Positions 8,207-15,803 are shown, counted from the first letter of the stretch. The stretch is DNA of 15,803 bases from an uncultured Alphaproteobacteria bacterium (GCA_964522525.1 CAZFWG010000052.1:14786-30588), one strand, 5' to 3'. A program made the numbers and translations. Notes: a model not told the origin generated them from the sequence alone.

Positions 8207-8250
8207 ATCATCTGAACGGTCTCACGTGAAGCGTCGTTGAGGACAAGGCT

Positions 8251-9273
8251 ATGGGCTACCGGGTCGCGGTGGTAGGGGCCACGGGTGTGGTCGGCAAGGA
8301 AATCCTGAACATCCTGGCGGAGCGGGAATTCCCGGCCGACGAGGTCGTGGCGCTCGCGTCCACGCGGTCCATCGGGGTCGATGTGTCGTATGGGGACAGA
8401 ACCCTTCAGGTCAAGGCCCTCGACCATTTCGATTTTTCCGGTTTCGACATTGCCCTTCTCGCGGCGGGCAGCGACGTGGCGGCCACATGGGCGCCGCGCA
8501 TCGCCCAGGCCGGGGCGGTGGTGATCGATAATTCCTCGAAGTTCCGTATGGAACCGGACGTGCCGCTCATCGTGCCGGAAGTCAATCCGGAAGCGCTGTC
8601 CGGGTATACGCAAAGGCGCATCGTCGCCAATCCGAACTGCTCCACGGCTCAACTTGTCGTGGCCCTGAAGCCCCTGCATGACCGGGCCCGGATCAAACGG
8701 GTCGTGGTGGCCACCTATCAGTCCGTGTCCGGTGCGGGCAATGCCGCCATGGAGGAGTTGTTCAATCAGACCAAGGGCATTTATGTGAACGACATGCCTG
8801 AAAAGGCCGAGTTCACCAAACAGATCGCCTTCAACATCATTCCCCATATCGACAGTTTCATGAATGACGGCGCGACGCGGGAAGAATGGAAGATGACCGC
8901 CGAGACACAGAAGATCCTGGATCCCAAGATCGATCTGACGGCCACCTGTGTGCGCGTGCCCGTGTTTGTCGGCCATTCGGAAGCCGTCAATGTGGAGTTT
9001 CATGATCCGATTACGGATGATGAGGCCCGCGAGGTGCTGAGGGAGGCGCCGGGCATTCTCGTTGTCGACAAGCGCGAAGACGAGGGCTATGTCACGCCCG
9101 TCGAATGCGTCGGTGATTTCGCCACCTTCGTGAGCCGGATCCGGGTCGATCCCACGGTCGATAGCGGCCTTAATTTATGGGTGGTATCGGACAATCTGCG
9201 CAAGGGCGCGGCTCTCAATGCCGTGCAGATCGCCGAATCCCTGATCAATCGGTATCTGAGCCAGGCGCGCTGA
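8251..9273 (+). CDS. asd: Aspartate-semialdehyde dehydrogenase
   Basis: MGYRVAVVGATGVVGKEILNIL... NPNCSTAQLVVALKPL... SVSGAG... The catalytic Cys lies in the NPNCST motif. SD GAGGA upstream of the ATG. Confidence 0.95.
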   Translation: MGYRVAVVGATGVVGKEILNILAEREFPADEVVALASTRSIGVDVSYGDRTLQVKALDHFDFSGFDIALLAAGSDVAATWAPRIAQAGAVVIDNSSKFRMEPDVPLIVPEVNPEALSGYTQRRIVANPNCSTAQLVVALKPLHDRARIKRVVVATYQSVSGAGNAAMEELFNQTKGIYVNDMPEKAEFTKQIAFNIIPHIDSFMNDGATREEWKMTAETQKILDPKIDLTATCVRVPVFVGHSEAVNVEFHDPITDDEAREVLREAPGILVVDKREDEGYVTPVECVGDFATFVSRIRVDPTVDSGLNLWVVSDNLRKGAALNAVQIAESLINRYLSQAR

Positions 9274-9296
9274 GCTTCGGTCCGTGGGCGGTGCTC

Positions 9297-9782
9297 TCAG
9301 TAGTCGTCCCACTCTCCGTAGTAGAGGTACATCGACAAAAGGCCGATGCCGCTGCTCAAGATGATGATGATGGCCATCACATAGAACTTGATCTTCCATT
9401 CCGGCATGGCCCGGACATTCTGCATGAAACCGTCATAGTCCGGAACCAAACTGGCGGTGAATCCGGAGATCCAGCACATCAGTCCCAGAAAGGCGCCGTT
9501 GCGCACGACACCGCACAGGGTGGATTGCTGGGCGCGGGGCGTCCAGACAATGTCCAACGGATAGTTCTGGCTCTCGAGCCAAGCCTGCCAGTTGTCGACA
9601 AATTGCTGGAACTCGTCGAGCCGGGCCCGATCTTCCGGGGTCAGCGGTTCGGCCGATTCGGGCGTGAACCGCTTGAACGTGCCGCCGGGACCGGCCGGGT
9701 GCTCTCGGGTGATCTCGAAAGCGAGGGTCATGATGAGCAAGATGACCAGGACCAGGATCCCGATTTTCCCCGCGGTTTGCAT
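9297..9782 (-). CDS. Hypothetical small membrane protein (161 aa; N-terminal TM, central soluble segment, 1-2 C-terminal TM helices), located in a lower-GC islet
   Basis: Hydrophobic N-terminus IGILVLVILLIMTLAF and C-terminus FYVMAIIIILSSGIGLLSMYLYY. Local GC is about 48-55%, against about 65% for the neighbours (counted on several 60-nt lines). No family recognised. Coordinates taken from the tool ORF. Confidence 0.6.
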   Translation of the reverse strand: MQTAGKIGILVLVILLIMTLAFEITREHPAGPGGTFKRFTPESAEPLTPEDRARLDEFQQFVDNWQAWLESQNYPLDIVWTPRAQQSTLCGVVRNGAFLGLMCWISGFTASLVPDYDGFMQNVRAMPEWKIKFYVMAIIIILSSGIGLLSMYLYYGEWDDY

Positions 9783-10166
9783 GGGGCCTCCCAGATTACG
9801 GGCGGGCCGAGGGTCCGGCCGCGCTTGAAGCGGCAGCCTTTCGGTGGCCCGTCGCGTCTTACTTCAATGCATGCGGTGCGTGAGGGCCCTTCCAGGTCTC
9901 AAACAGCGGACCTGACACCCTGCCTGATTTCGCACCCGCGTCTGTGGTTTGCTGTCTCATGCGCCAAACCCAAGCGCCGCCACAGCGCCTCCGGTCTGTC
10001 GCCAACCCTCTCGTCCCACTCCCTTTGGCCGTCATCTTGGGTGAGACAAAAGAACCTTTCAATCCTGTAATATCTCCCCCTGATGGTGTCCATGATTGCC
10101 CTTTAATGCCAAAGGCTTGTGTTCGCTCCAGGGCAGCGACCTTTCTTGCCTGCACGTCCTTCCGAT

Positions 10167-11198
10167 TCACGCGGCCAAGCGTTCCGTGTGCCGAAAGGGC
10201 ATCAAGGGTTCAAAGGTTGCAAGCGCTTCTTTGAAACATCCTTGTGCTTCAAGCAAGCCGGTTTCGGCCGCGGCATCTTTGAGCGCCAACAAGGCGTTAC
10301 GGCCCTCATGGTCAAGACTGTCGTCCAGGGGCAGACCGTCAATGGCATCAAAGACCATGAAGGCGAGGTGGCGGCCCTGGCGGAATTCGTGGTTGAGGAT
10401 GGCGTTTTCCACGGCATAGCCGCCCATGGGATGGCTGCTGTGGGCATTCCAGGCCTTGATGATGCGCACCAAGGGCTTGATGCAGCCCTGATGGGCGTTG
10501 TCCGCCTGATTGAGGCGTTCCTTCGCGCCGTCCGGGTCGATCTTCAGCCAGGTCAGCGGGCCGCGATCGCCTCTGATGATGCGCATGGGGCCGCCTGGGC
10601 TTTGGACTGCCGGCAACAGGCGGATGCGGGTGTGCCCAAGGGAAAGCCGCATGTCGACGCGCTCGCAGGCCACCAGATCCGCGCCGATCCGTGTCTCCAG
10701 GATCGAGCGGGTCATGTTGAGATATTCCCAGGCGGGCAGGCCCAGATCGTGGAACGGGATGAGTGCGTCAATACAGGCCTCGGGATCCTGCCACGGCGGC
10801 AGCATGGTACCGCGCTCGTGGGAACCGAACAGACGTAAAGGGCGGGCCTGCCTGTCCAGGGTCTCGCAGAACAGGCGGCGCAGGTCGCCGATGGCGGCCT
10901 CGATCGCGGCGCCTTCCGGACCGGCCCAACGGAACGGGGCACCCAGCTCCAGAAAACGGTTTTGCAGCGGAGAACCGTTGCGAAGAGGGTTATGCTCCAG
11001 GTCCGGGGCCGTTGTGGGGGCCGGCATCTGTGCTTTCACAGGCGGCAACGGGGGCGGCGGCGGAACAGGCCGACGGCTTTTCGGATGCCGGGGCAGAGGG
11101 GCGCGACGTTTCGATTTCACAAGTCGCCGCCCCTTGGTTTGGCGAGGCGCCCGGCTTGGCGGTTCCGGCAAAAATGACAAAGCAGCGAGGCGTGGCAT
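10167..11198 (-). CDS. Putative Pol-beta-superfamily nucleotidyltransferase-like protein with a Pro/Arg-rich, low-complexity N-terminus
   Basis: LFGSHERGTMLPPWQDPEACIDAL resembles the GS-x3-GT...[DE]x[DE] minimal NTase motif. A later KPLVRIIKAW helix resembles the basic helix of cGAS/DncV-like and SMODS NTases. The first ATG (11196-11198 on the complement) has AGAGGA 8 nt upstream. An alternative internal start, MPAPTT, lies at 11027. Family-level call only; the catalytic triad assignment is uncertain. Confidence 0.5.
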   Translation of the reverse strand: MPRLAALSFLPEPPSRAPRQTKGRRLVKSKRRAPLPRHPKSRRPVPPPPPLPPVKAQMPAPTTAPDLEHNPLRNGSPLQNRFLELGAPFRWAGPEGAAIEAAIGDLRRLFCETLDRQARPLRLFGSHERGTMLPPWQDPEACIDALIPFHDLGLPAWEYLNMTRSILETRIGADLVACERVDMRLSLGHTRIRLLPAVQSPGGPMRIIRGDRGPLTWLKIDPDGAKERLNQADNAHQGCIKPLVRIIKAWNAHSSHPMGGYAVENAILNHEFRQGRHLAFMVFDAIDGLPLDDSLDHEGRNALLALKDAAAETGLLEAQGCFKEALATFEPLMPFRHTERLAA

Positions 11199-11312
11199 GG
11201 GGATGTCCTCTGTTGCGGGTGGCCGTTAACTTTTCATTAACCATTTGGCGTGAGTCGGCCGACGGCACCAAGGAAATCCCCAATGGGGGTAAAAGAGCGC
11301 GAGGAACGGGTG

Positions 11313-12173
11313 TCAGATGGAGAGGGAGCGCTGGCGCAGATGGGGCATGGTGCCCTCGGAACGCAGCGCCTCCCGGCAGGCAATCAGATCCATTTCCGGC
11401 ACGGCCGGAGGACCGGCGCGCAAGGTGTGCTGGAGGACCGCGTCGACACTTGAGGCGGCCCGTTGAAGGGCTTCCGAGGTCGCTTCTCCCCGCAAGGTGT
11501 GGCCCAGGAACAGGGCGGCGAACAGATCGCCGGTTCCGGGCGGAGCCTGCTCAAGCCAGGGTGCGGAACAAAGCCATGCATTATCAGGCGTCACGGCAAG
11601 CGTGCCGATGCGGTTGTCCTCACCGGGCAACGGAACCGAGGTGACAACGGTCAGCGGGCAGCCCAAATGCCGGGCGGCCGCCATGGCCGTTTCCGGATCG
11701 CGAACCTCCCGTCCGGTCAGATAGCCCAGCTCGAAGGCATTGGGCGTGATCATATCGGCAAGCGGCACCAGGTGTTTGGCAATCCCTTCCGGCACCCCTG
11801 CCGCCACATAAGGTCCTTTGGCGGCGTCGCCGATCACCGGATCACAGCAGAATACCGCATCCGGATTGACCGCCCGTAAGGCCGCCACGGCACCCCGGAC
11901 CACATCGACCTGATCCGCAGCCCCAAGATAGCCCGACAGGACAGCCCGGCCGTCCTTCAGAAGATCCCGCAGCGCCAGCCCGCCCAAAAGGGCTGAAAGG
12001 CCCGTGGCCGGGACCGGCGCGCCCACATGACCGCCATGGCCCGGATGGTTGGAAAAGAGCACCGTGGGCATGGCCCAGACATCTAATCCCAAGGCGTGCA
12101 GGGCGATCTGAGCCGCCCCGTTGCCCACATGGCCAAAGACCACTTGGGACTGGATGGAAATCACTCCGTTCAT
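11313..12173 (-). CDS. pdxY: Pyridoxal/pyridoxamine kinase
   Basis: MNGVISIQSQVVFGHVGNGAA...LGLDVWAMPTVLFSNHPG...VLSGYLG...FCCDPVIGD... is collinear with PdxY/PdxK. ATG preceded by AAGGGA. Confidence 0.9.
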   Translation of the reverse strand: MNGVISIQSQVVFGHVGNGAAQIALHALGLDVWAMPTVLFSNHPGHGGHVGAPVPATGLSALLGGLALRDLLKDGRAVLSGYLGAADQVDVVRGAVAALRAVNPDAVFCCDPVIGDAAKGPYVAAGVPEGIAKHLVPLADMITPNAFELGYLTGREVRDPETAMAAARHLGCPLTVVTSVPLPGEDNRIGTLAVTPDNAWLCSAPWLEQAPPGTGDLFAALFLGHTLRGEATSEALQRAASSVDAVLQHTLRAGPPAVPEMDLIACREALRSEGTMPHLRQRSLSI

Positions 12174-12262
12174 GATTGTCCCTTATTGTCCGGGCAAAGG
12201 ATTGCACGGTGAAAATGCGCTGCCAGCTTGGCACCTGCGTGCCCGCCCGTATAGGGTCTGCG

Positions 12263-12273
12263 CACGTGATCAC
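12263..12273. promoter_or_regulatory. CACGTGATCAC overlapping palindromes (CACGTG / GTGATCAC) in the divergent pdxY / CitE-like promoter region
   Basis: Read directly. GTGATCAC (12266-12273) is an 8-bp perfect palindrome, about 65 bp upstream of the CitE-like start and about 90 bp upstream of pdxY. Confidence 0.3.
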
Positions 12274-12337
12274 CTGTGTTTGGTCAAGCTTCGTAAAGAC
12301 TTGGTTGTTTCTCCGTCCTGCCAGGGAGCCATCGCCC

Positions 12338-13237
12338 ATGTCCCAGACCCCGCCTTCCTCCGTGCGCCCCCGCCGGAGCGTCCTCTACATGCCGGGATCC
12401 AATGCCCGTGCCATGGAAAAAGCCAAGACCCTGGCCGCGGATGCTCTGATCCTGGATCTGGAAGATGCGGTGGCCCCGGATGCCAAGGAACTGGCGCGGG
12501 ATCAGGTCTGCGCGGCGGTGAAGGGCGGCGGCTACGGCGCCCGGGAAGTCATTATCCGCATCAACGGGCTTGATACGGATTGGGGCGCGAACGATCTGGC
12601 GGCCGCCGTCGCGGCCGGTCCCGATGCGATCCTTGTGCCCAAGATCGACGGTCCCGAGGCCGTCGGGGCGGCCGACAGCCTCATGGATGAGGCCGGTGCT
12701 CCATCGCAGATGGGGCTTTGGGCCATGATGGAGACGCCGCTTGCCATGTTGCGGGCGGAGGCGATCGCGGCGCGGGCTGAAGACACGCGGCTTTGCGCGT
12801 TCGTGATGGGCACGAATGATCTCGTCAAGGACCTTTCGGCCCAGCAGACACCCGATCGTCTGCCCCTGGTCACGGGCCTGTCCCTGTCGCTCCTGGCGGG
12901 CAAGGCCTTCGGGCTCGCCATGATCGACGGCGTCTATAATGGCATCCGGGATATCGACGGGTTCATCCAGAGCTGCCGCCAGGGGCTTGCCTTCGGTTTT
13001 GATGGCAAGACCCTCATTCATCCGAGCCAGGTCGAACCCTGCAACCGGGTGTTCACGCCGGAGCACGAGGCCGTCGATTGGGCGCGCCGGATCATCGCGG
13101 AATTCGAGAAGCCGGAAAACGCCTCCAAGGGCGTGGTCCAAGTCGAGGGCCGCATGGTCGAACGGCTCCATGCGGATCAAGCGCGCCAACTGGTCACGAT
13201 CGCCGACGCGATTGCCGCCATGGAAGCGGCCGGCTGA
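12338..13237 (+). CDS. HpcH/HpaI aldolase / citrate-lyase beta (CitE-like) family CoA-ester lyase; candidate malyl-CoA/beta-methylmalyl-CoA or citramalyl-CoA lyase
   Basis: RRSVLYMPGSNARAMEKAKTLAADALILDLEDAVAPDAKELAR... is the typical CitE/Mcl N-terminus. The ATG at 12338 has AGGGAG 9 nt upstream. Tool ORF 12176.. is an upstream extension across the promoter region. Confidence 0.85.
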   Translation: MSQTPPSSVRPRRSVLYMPGSNARAMEKAKTLAADALILDLEDAVAPDAKELARDQVCAAVKGGGYGAREVIIRINGLDTDWGANDLAAAVAAGPDAILVPKIDGPEAVGAADSLMDEAGAPSQMGLWAMMETPLAMLRAEAIAARAEDTRLCAFVMGTNDLVKDLSAQQTPDRLPLVTGLSLSLLAGKAFGLAMIDGVYNGIRDIDGFIQSCRQGLAFGFDGKTLIHPSQVEPCNRVFTPEHEAVDWARRIIAEFEKPENASKGVVQVEGRMVERLHADQARQLVTIADAIAAMEAAG

Positions 13238-13273
13238 ACGGCGCGATGCAGGGATGATCTTAAGGACGACACC

Positions 13274-14326
13274 ATGACCAAGACCAATCCGGGACGTTTT
13301 TTCGAAGACTTCCAACTGGGCGAAACCATCCGCCATGCCACCCCGCGCACGGTGAGCGACGGGGATGCGGCGCTCTATACCGCCCTTTACGGCTCCCGCT
13401 TCGCGCTGCAATCCTCAAGCGCGTTTGCGCGGGCCTGCGGTCTGGCGCAGGCACCGATCGATGATTTCCTGGCCTTCCACCTCGTCTTCGGCAAGACCGT
13501 GCCCGATGTCTCCCTCAATGCGGTGGCCAATCTGGGTTATGCGGAAGGTCGCTTCGAGACGCCCCTTTATCCCGGGGATACGGTCTCGACCACGAGCGAT
13601 GTGATCGGGCTGAAACAGAACTCCAACGGCAAGACCGGTGTCGTCTATGTCCGTTCCCATGGGATCAATCAACGCGGCGAGACGGTCATCGACTATGTGC
13701 GCTGGGTCATGGTGCGCAAGCGCGATGAGGCCTCGCCCGCGCCCGCGCCCCAAGTGCCCGATCTCAAGCCCGCCCTGGGCGCAGAAGATCTGCGGGTGCC
13801 CGAGGGGCTCGACTTTGCGGGCTACGATCCCGTCCTGGCGGGCAGCCCCCATCTCTGGGACGATTATGCGGTGGGAGAGCGCATCGACCATGTGGACGGC
13901 ATGACCCTGGAGGAGGCCGAACACATGATGGCCACCCGGGCCTACCAGAACACCGCCAAGGTCCATTTCAATCAGCATACCCAAAGCCAGGACCGGTTCG
14001 GCCGGCGCCTGATCTATGGCGGTCACATCATTTCCCTGGCCCGGGCCCTGTCGTTCAACGGACTGGCCAATGCCTGCCTCATTGCGGGCATCAATGCGGG
14101 GCGCCATGCGGCGCCGTCCTTCGCGGGTGACACGATCTATGCCTGGTCCGAAGTGTTGGACAAGGCGGCGATCGAGAACCGCTCGGATGTCGGGGCCTTG
14201 CGCTTGCGGCTCGTGGCGACCAAGGACGAGCCTTGCGCAACCTACCCCTATCGCGATGGGGAGGGCGGCTACCACCCCGCCGTCGTGTTGGAACTCGACT
14301 ACTGGGTGCTCATGCCCCGGCATTAG
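13274..14326 (+). CDS. MaoC-like double-hotdog (R)-specific enoyl-CoA hydratase; candidate mesaconyl-CoA hydratase
   Basis: 350 aa with two hotdog halves (N-terminal half to about residue 150, a Pro/Ala linker PAPAPQVP, then the C-terminal half). The size and two-domain layout match Mch-type hydratases. It sits 36 nt downstream of the CitE-like gene with SD AAGGACGA. Confidence 0.75.
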   Translation: MTKTNPGRFFEDFQLGETIRHATPRTVSDGDAALYTALYGSRFALQSSSAFARACGLAQAPIDDFLAFHLVFGKTVPDVSLNAVANLGYAEGRFETPLYPGDTVSTTSDVIGLKQNSNGKTGVVYVRSHGINQRGETVIDYVRWVMVRKRDEASPAPAPQVPDLKPALGAEDLRVPEGLDFAGYDPVLAGSPHLWDDYAVGERIDHVDGMTLEEAEHMMATRAYQNTAKVHFNQHTQSQDRFGRRLIYGGHIISLARALSFNGLANACLIAGINAGRHAAPSFAGDTIYAWSEVLDKAAIENRSDVGALRLRLVATKDEPCATYPYRDGEGGYHPAVVLELDYWVLMPRH

Positions 14327-14345
14327 AGCGAAGTCGGGAAAAGGG

Positions 14346-14374
14346 GTTGCCGTTTTGCGCAAAGACCAGGCAAC
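14346..14374. promoter_or_regulatory. Nested inverted repeat GTTGCC-N-TTTGCGCAAA-N-GGCAAC immediately downstream of the MaoC gene and far upstream of sdhC
   Basis: Read directly: a 10-bp perfect palindrome TTTGCGCAAA (14354-14363) flanked by a GTTGCC/GGCAAC stem. It could be a weak terminator or a regulator binding site. Confidence 0.3.
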
Positions 14375-14473
14375 ACCGGACAAACGGGGCGGCTGATCGG
14401 TTTCAACCAATGCCGTTCCCCGTGATCGCGCCGGTTTGATCGACGGCCGGGGATGCCCGGGCGTCATGCGGCG

Positions 14474-14501
14474 GCACGGGAAATTGACTTAAGACAATCC
14501 G
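14474..14501 (+). promoter_or_regulatory. Sigma70-like promoter for sdhCDAB (TTGACT-16-TACACT) with an about 190-nt 5' leader
   Basis: TTGACT at 14474-14479, a 16-nt spacer, TACACT at 14496-14501. sdhC ATG at 14702. Confidence 0.45.
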
Positions 14502-14701
14502 GTCCTACACTCGCGAACCGATTGGGGACTGGCTCTAACCGATATGCAGAGAAGACGGGGCGCGGCGGTACCTCGCGTGGCATAAGCAGGCGGTGCGCCT
14601 TTGTGTGATGCCGAGCCTGTGATCGCCAGCTTGGCGCCGAGTTGTTAAGGCTTCTCGGGGTATTCGCGAAACGGTCCTGGCGAGATTAAAGGGAAAGTCC
14701 G

Positions 14702-15124
14702 ATGGCTGAGACGTCGACGACGCAGGGGGGAGCAGGGGCGCGGCCGCTTTCGCCCCACATTCAGGTCTGGAAATGGCATGTGACCATGGCCACGTCGATC
14801 ACCCACCGGGTGACGGGGGTGGGCAATGCCATCGGCGCCGTGCTGCTGACCTGGTGGCTGATTTCCGCCGCGACGGGCCCTGAAGCCTATGGGGTCTTTG
14901 CCGACTTCATCTCAAGCTGGCTCGGCCAGTTCTTCCTGTTCGGCTTTACTGCATCTCTCGTCTATCACGTGCTTAACGGCATCCGTCACCTGTTCTGGGA
15001 TACGGGCGCCGGCTTCAGCCTGGAGACCTCCCGCATGACCGGGTTTCTGGTCTATGGCATTGCGGTCGTTGTGACGCTGGGGATCTGGGTTCTGGGCTAT
15101 GCCAACATGGGAGGCGGCCAATGA
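14702..15124 (+). CDS. sdhC: Succinate dehydrogenase cytochrome b556 subunit
   Basis: RPLSPHIQVWKWHVTMATSITHRVTG is the canonical SdhC N-terminus. Three TM helices. SD AAAGGGAAAG. Confidence 0.9.
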   Translation: MAETSTTQGGAGARPLSPHIQVWKWHVTMATSITHRVTGVGNAIGAVLLTWWLISAATGPEAYGVFADFISSWLGQFFLFGFTASLVYHVLNGIRHLFWDTGAGFSLETSRMTGFLVYGIAVVVTLGIWVLGYANMGGGQ

Positions 15125-15501
15125 CCGATCTTCGCACACCGTTGCGCAATGCCCGGGGCCTCGGCTCCGCCAAGGATGGTGTTCATCACTGGCTCGCCCA
15201 GCGCACCACGGCGATCGCCCTCATTCCGCTGACCGTCTGGTTCATTGCCTCGATGGTGGTCTATGCGGGTGCGGATTATGAAACGACGACCGCGTTCCTG
15301 CGCAATCCGCTGGTCAGCGTCCTGATGATCCTGTTCATCTTCGCGGCATTTTATCACATGCTCCTGGGGCTCCAGGTTGTCGTCGAAGACTATATCGGCA
15401 AGGAGGGGACGCGGGTCGCGCTTCTCCTGTTCATCCGTTTCGCGGTCTATGGGGTCGGTGCCGCCGCCCTGTTTTCCGTCCTGAAGATCAGTTTTTCCTG
15501 A
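15121..15501 (+). CDS. sdhD: Succinate dehydrogenase hydrophobic membrane anchor subunit
   Basis: The ATG overlaps the sdhC stop (ATGA). [20 protein letters not shown]... is typical of SdhD. Confidence 0.9.
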   Translation: MTDLRTPLRNARGLGSAKDGVHHWLAQRTTAIALIPLTVWFIASMVVYAGADYETTTAFLRNPLVSVLMILFIFAAFYHMLLGLQVVVEDYIGKEGTRVALLLFIRFAVYGVGAAALFSVLKISFS

Positions 15502-15514
15502 AGGTGAGGGCAGC

Positions 15515-15803
15515 ATGACCGCCTACGACATTACCGATCACACTTTTGATGTCGTCGTTGTCGGCGCGGGCGGCTCGGGCCTGCGCGCCACGCTCGGCTG
15601 CGCCCAGGCGGGGCTCAAGACGGCGAACATCACCAAGGTCTTCCCGACCCGGAGCCACACCGTGGCGGCCCAGGGCGGCATTTCGGCCGCGCTCGGCAAT
15701 ATGGGCGAGGATGACTGGCGCTGGCATATGTATGACACCGTCAAGGGCTCCGACTGGCTCGGTGACCAGGACGCGATTGAGTATCTGTGCCGGAATGCTC
15801 CGG
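15515..15803 (+). CDS. sdhA: Succinate dehydrogenase flavoprotein subunit, 3'-truncated at the window edge
   Basis: ATG at 15515 with AAGGTGAGGG upstream. [28 protein letters not shown]... is the FAD-binding GxGxxG N-terminus of SdhA. The ORF runs off the window end, so it is absent from the tool table. Confidence 0.9.
   Translation, partial: MTAYDITDHTFDVVVVGAGGSGLRATLGCAQAGLKTANITKVFPTRSHTVAAQGGISAALGNMGEDDWRWHMYDTVKGSDWLGDQDAIEYLCRNAP

Noticed and set aside
7669-9003. 444-aa minus-strand ORF spanning rplS and asd on the opposite strand
   Set aside because: It crosses two well-supported genes and an intergenic region, with His/Gly/Arg-rich composition; spurious.
9417-9426. An apparent 1-nt frame disagreement (near 9420) between my letter-by-letter reading and the tool's translation of ORF 9297..9782
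   Set aside because: Almost certainly my own transcription slip when counting blocks. The tool translation is internally continuous, so I kept the tool coordinates and make no frameshift or pseudogene claim.
9859-10170. 103-aa minus ORF in the 384-bp gap between the NTase-like gene and the membrane-protein gene
   Set aside because: It overlaps the NTase stop, has no RBS, and has unremarkable composition. It is possible but unsupported; it is mentioned as something to check in the islet finding.
10119-10838. 239-aa + strand ORF (and ORF 10510..11229 +) opposite the nucleotidyltransferase-like gene
   Set aside because: Antisense frames with Arg/Gly/Ala bias; no start context.
12284-14467. Long minus-strand ORFs (375 aa and 350 aa) antisense to the CitE-like and MaoC genes
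   Set aside because: Antisense to clearly homologous genes with biased composition; artefacts of high GC.
1-15803. CRISPR arrays, IS elements, integrases, prophage genes
   Set aside because: I found no repeat-spacer periodicity, no transposase- or integrase-like ORFs, and no terminal inverted repeats flanking coding blocks.

Overview
This is a high-GC (about 65%) alphaproteobacterial chromosomal segment, and most of it is conserved core genes. Left to right it holds: (1) the 3' end of an M28 peptidase gene; (2) a convergent SPFH/band-7 gene with no transmembrane segment and no NfeD partner; (3) two abutting minus-strand tRNA-like elements with canonical D/T arms but defective acceptor stems and odd anticodon loops; (4) a divergent MmyB-like XRE regulator / NTF2-like pair; (5) the conserved ffh-rpsP-rimM-trmD-rplS cluster, whose overlapping ATGA/GTGA start-stop junctions suggest translational coupling, followed by asd; (6) a roughly 0.9 kb lower-GC islet (about 48-55%) carrying an orphan 2-3-TM membrane-protein gene; (7) a Pol-beta-fold nucleotidyltransferase-like gene with a Pro/Arg-rich N-terminus downstream of pdxY; (8) a CitE-like (HpcH/HpaI) CoA-ester lyase plus a double-hotdog MaoC hydratase, a candidate (methyl)malyl-/citramalyl-CoA lyase plus mesaconyl-CoA hydratase module; (9) sdhC-sdhD-sdhA(partial) behind a sigma70-like promoter and a roughly 190-nt leader. 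I found no CRISPR array, transposase or integrase. The observations most worth a second look are the aberrant tandem tRNA-like pair, the low-GC membrane-protein islet beside the nucleotidyltransferase-like gene, and several perfect palindromes in promoter regions. Long antisense ORFs throughout the window are high-GC artefacts. All calls rest on reading the sequence and recognising protein families by eye; no database searches were run.
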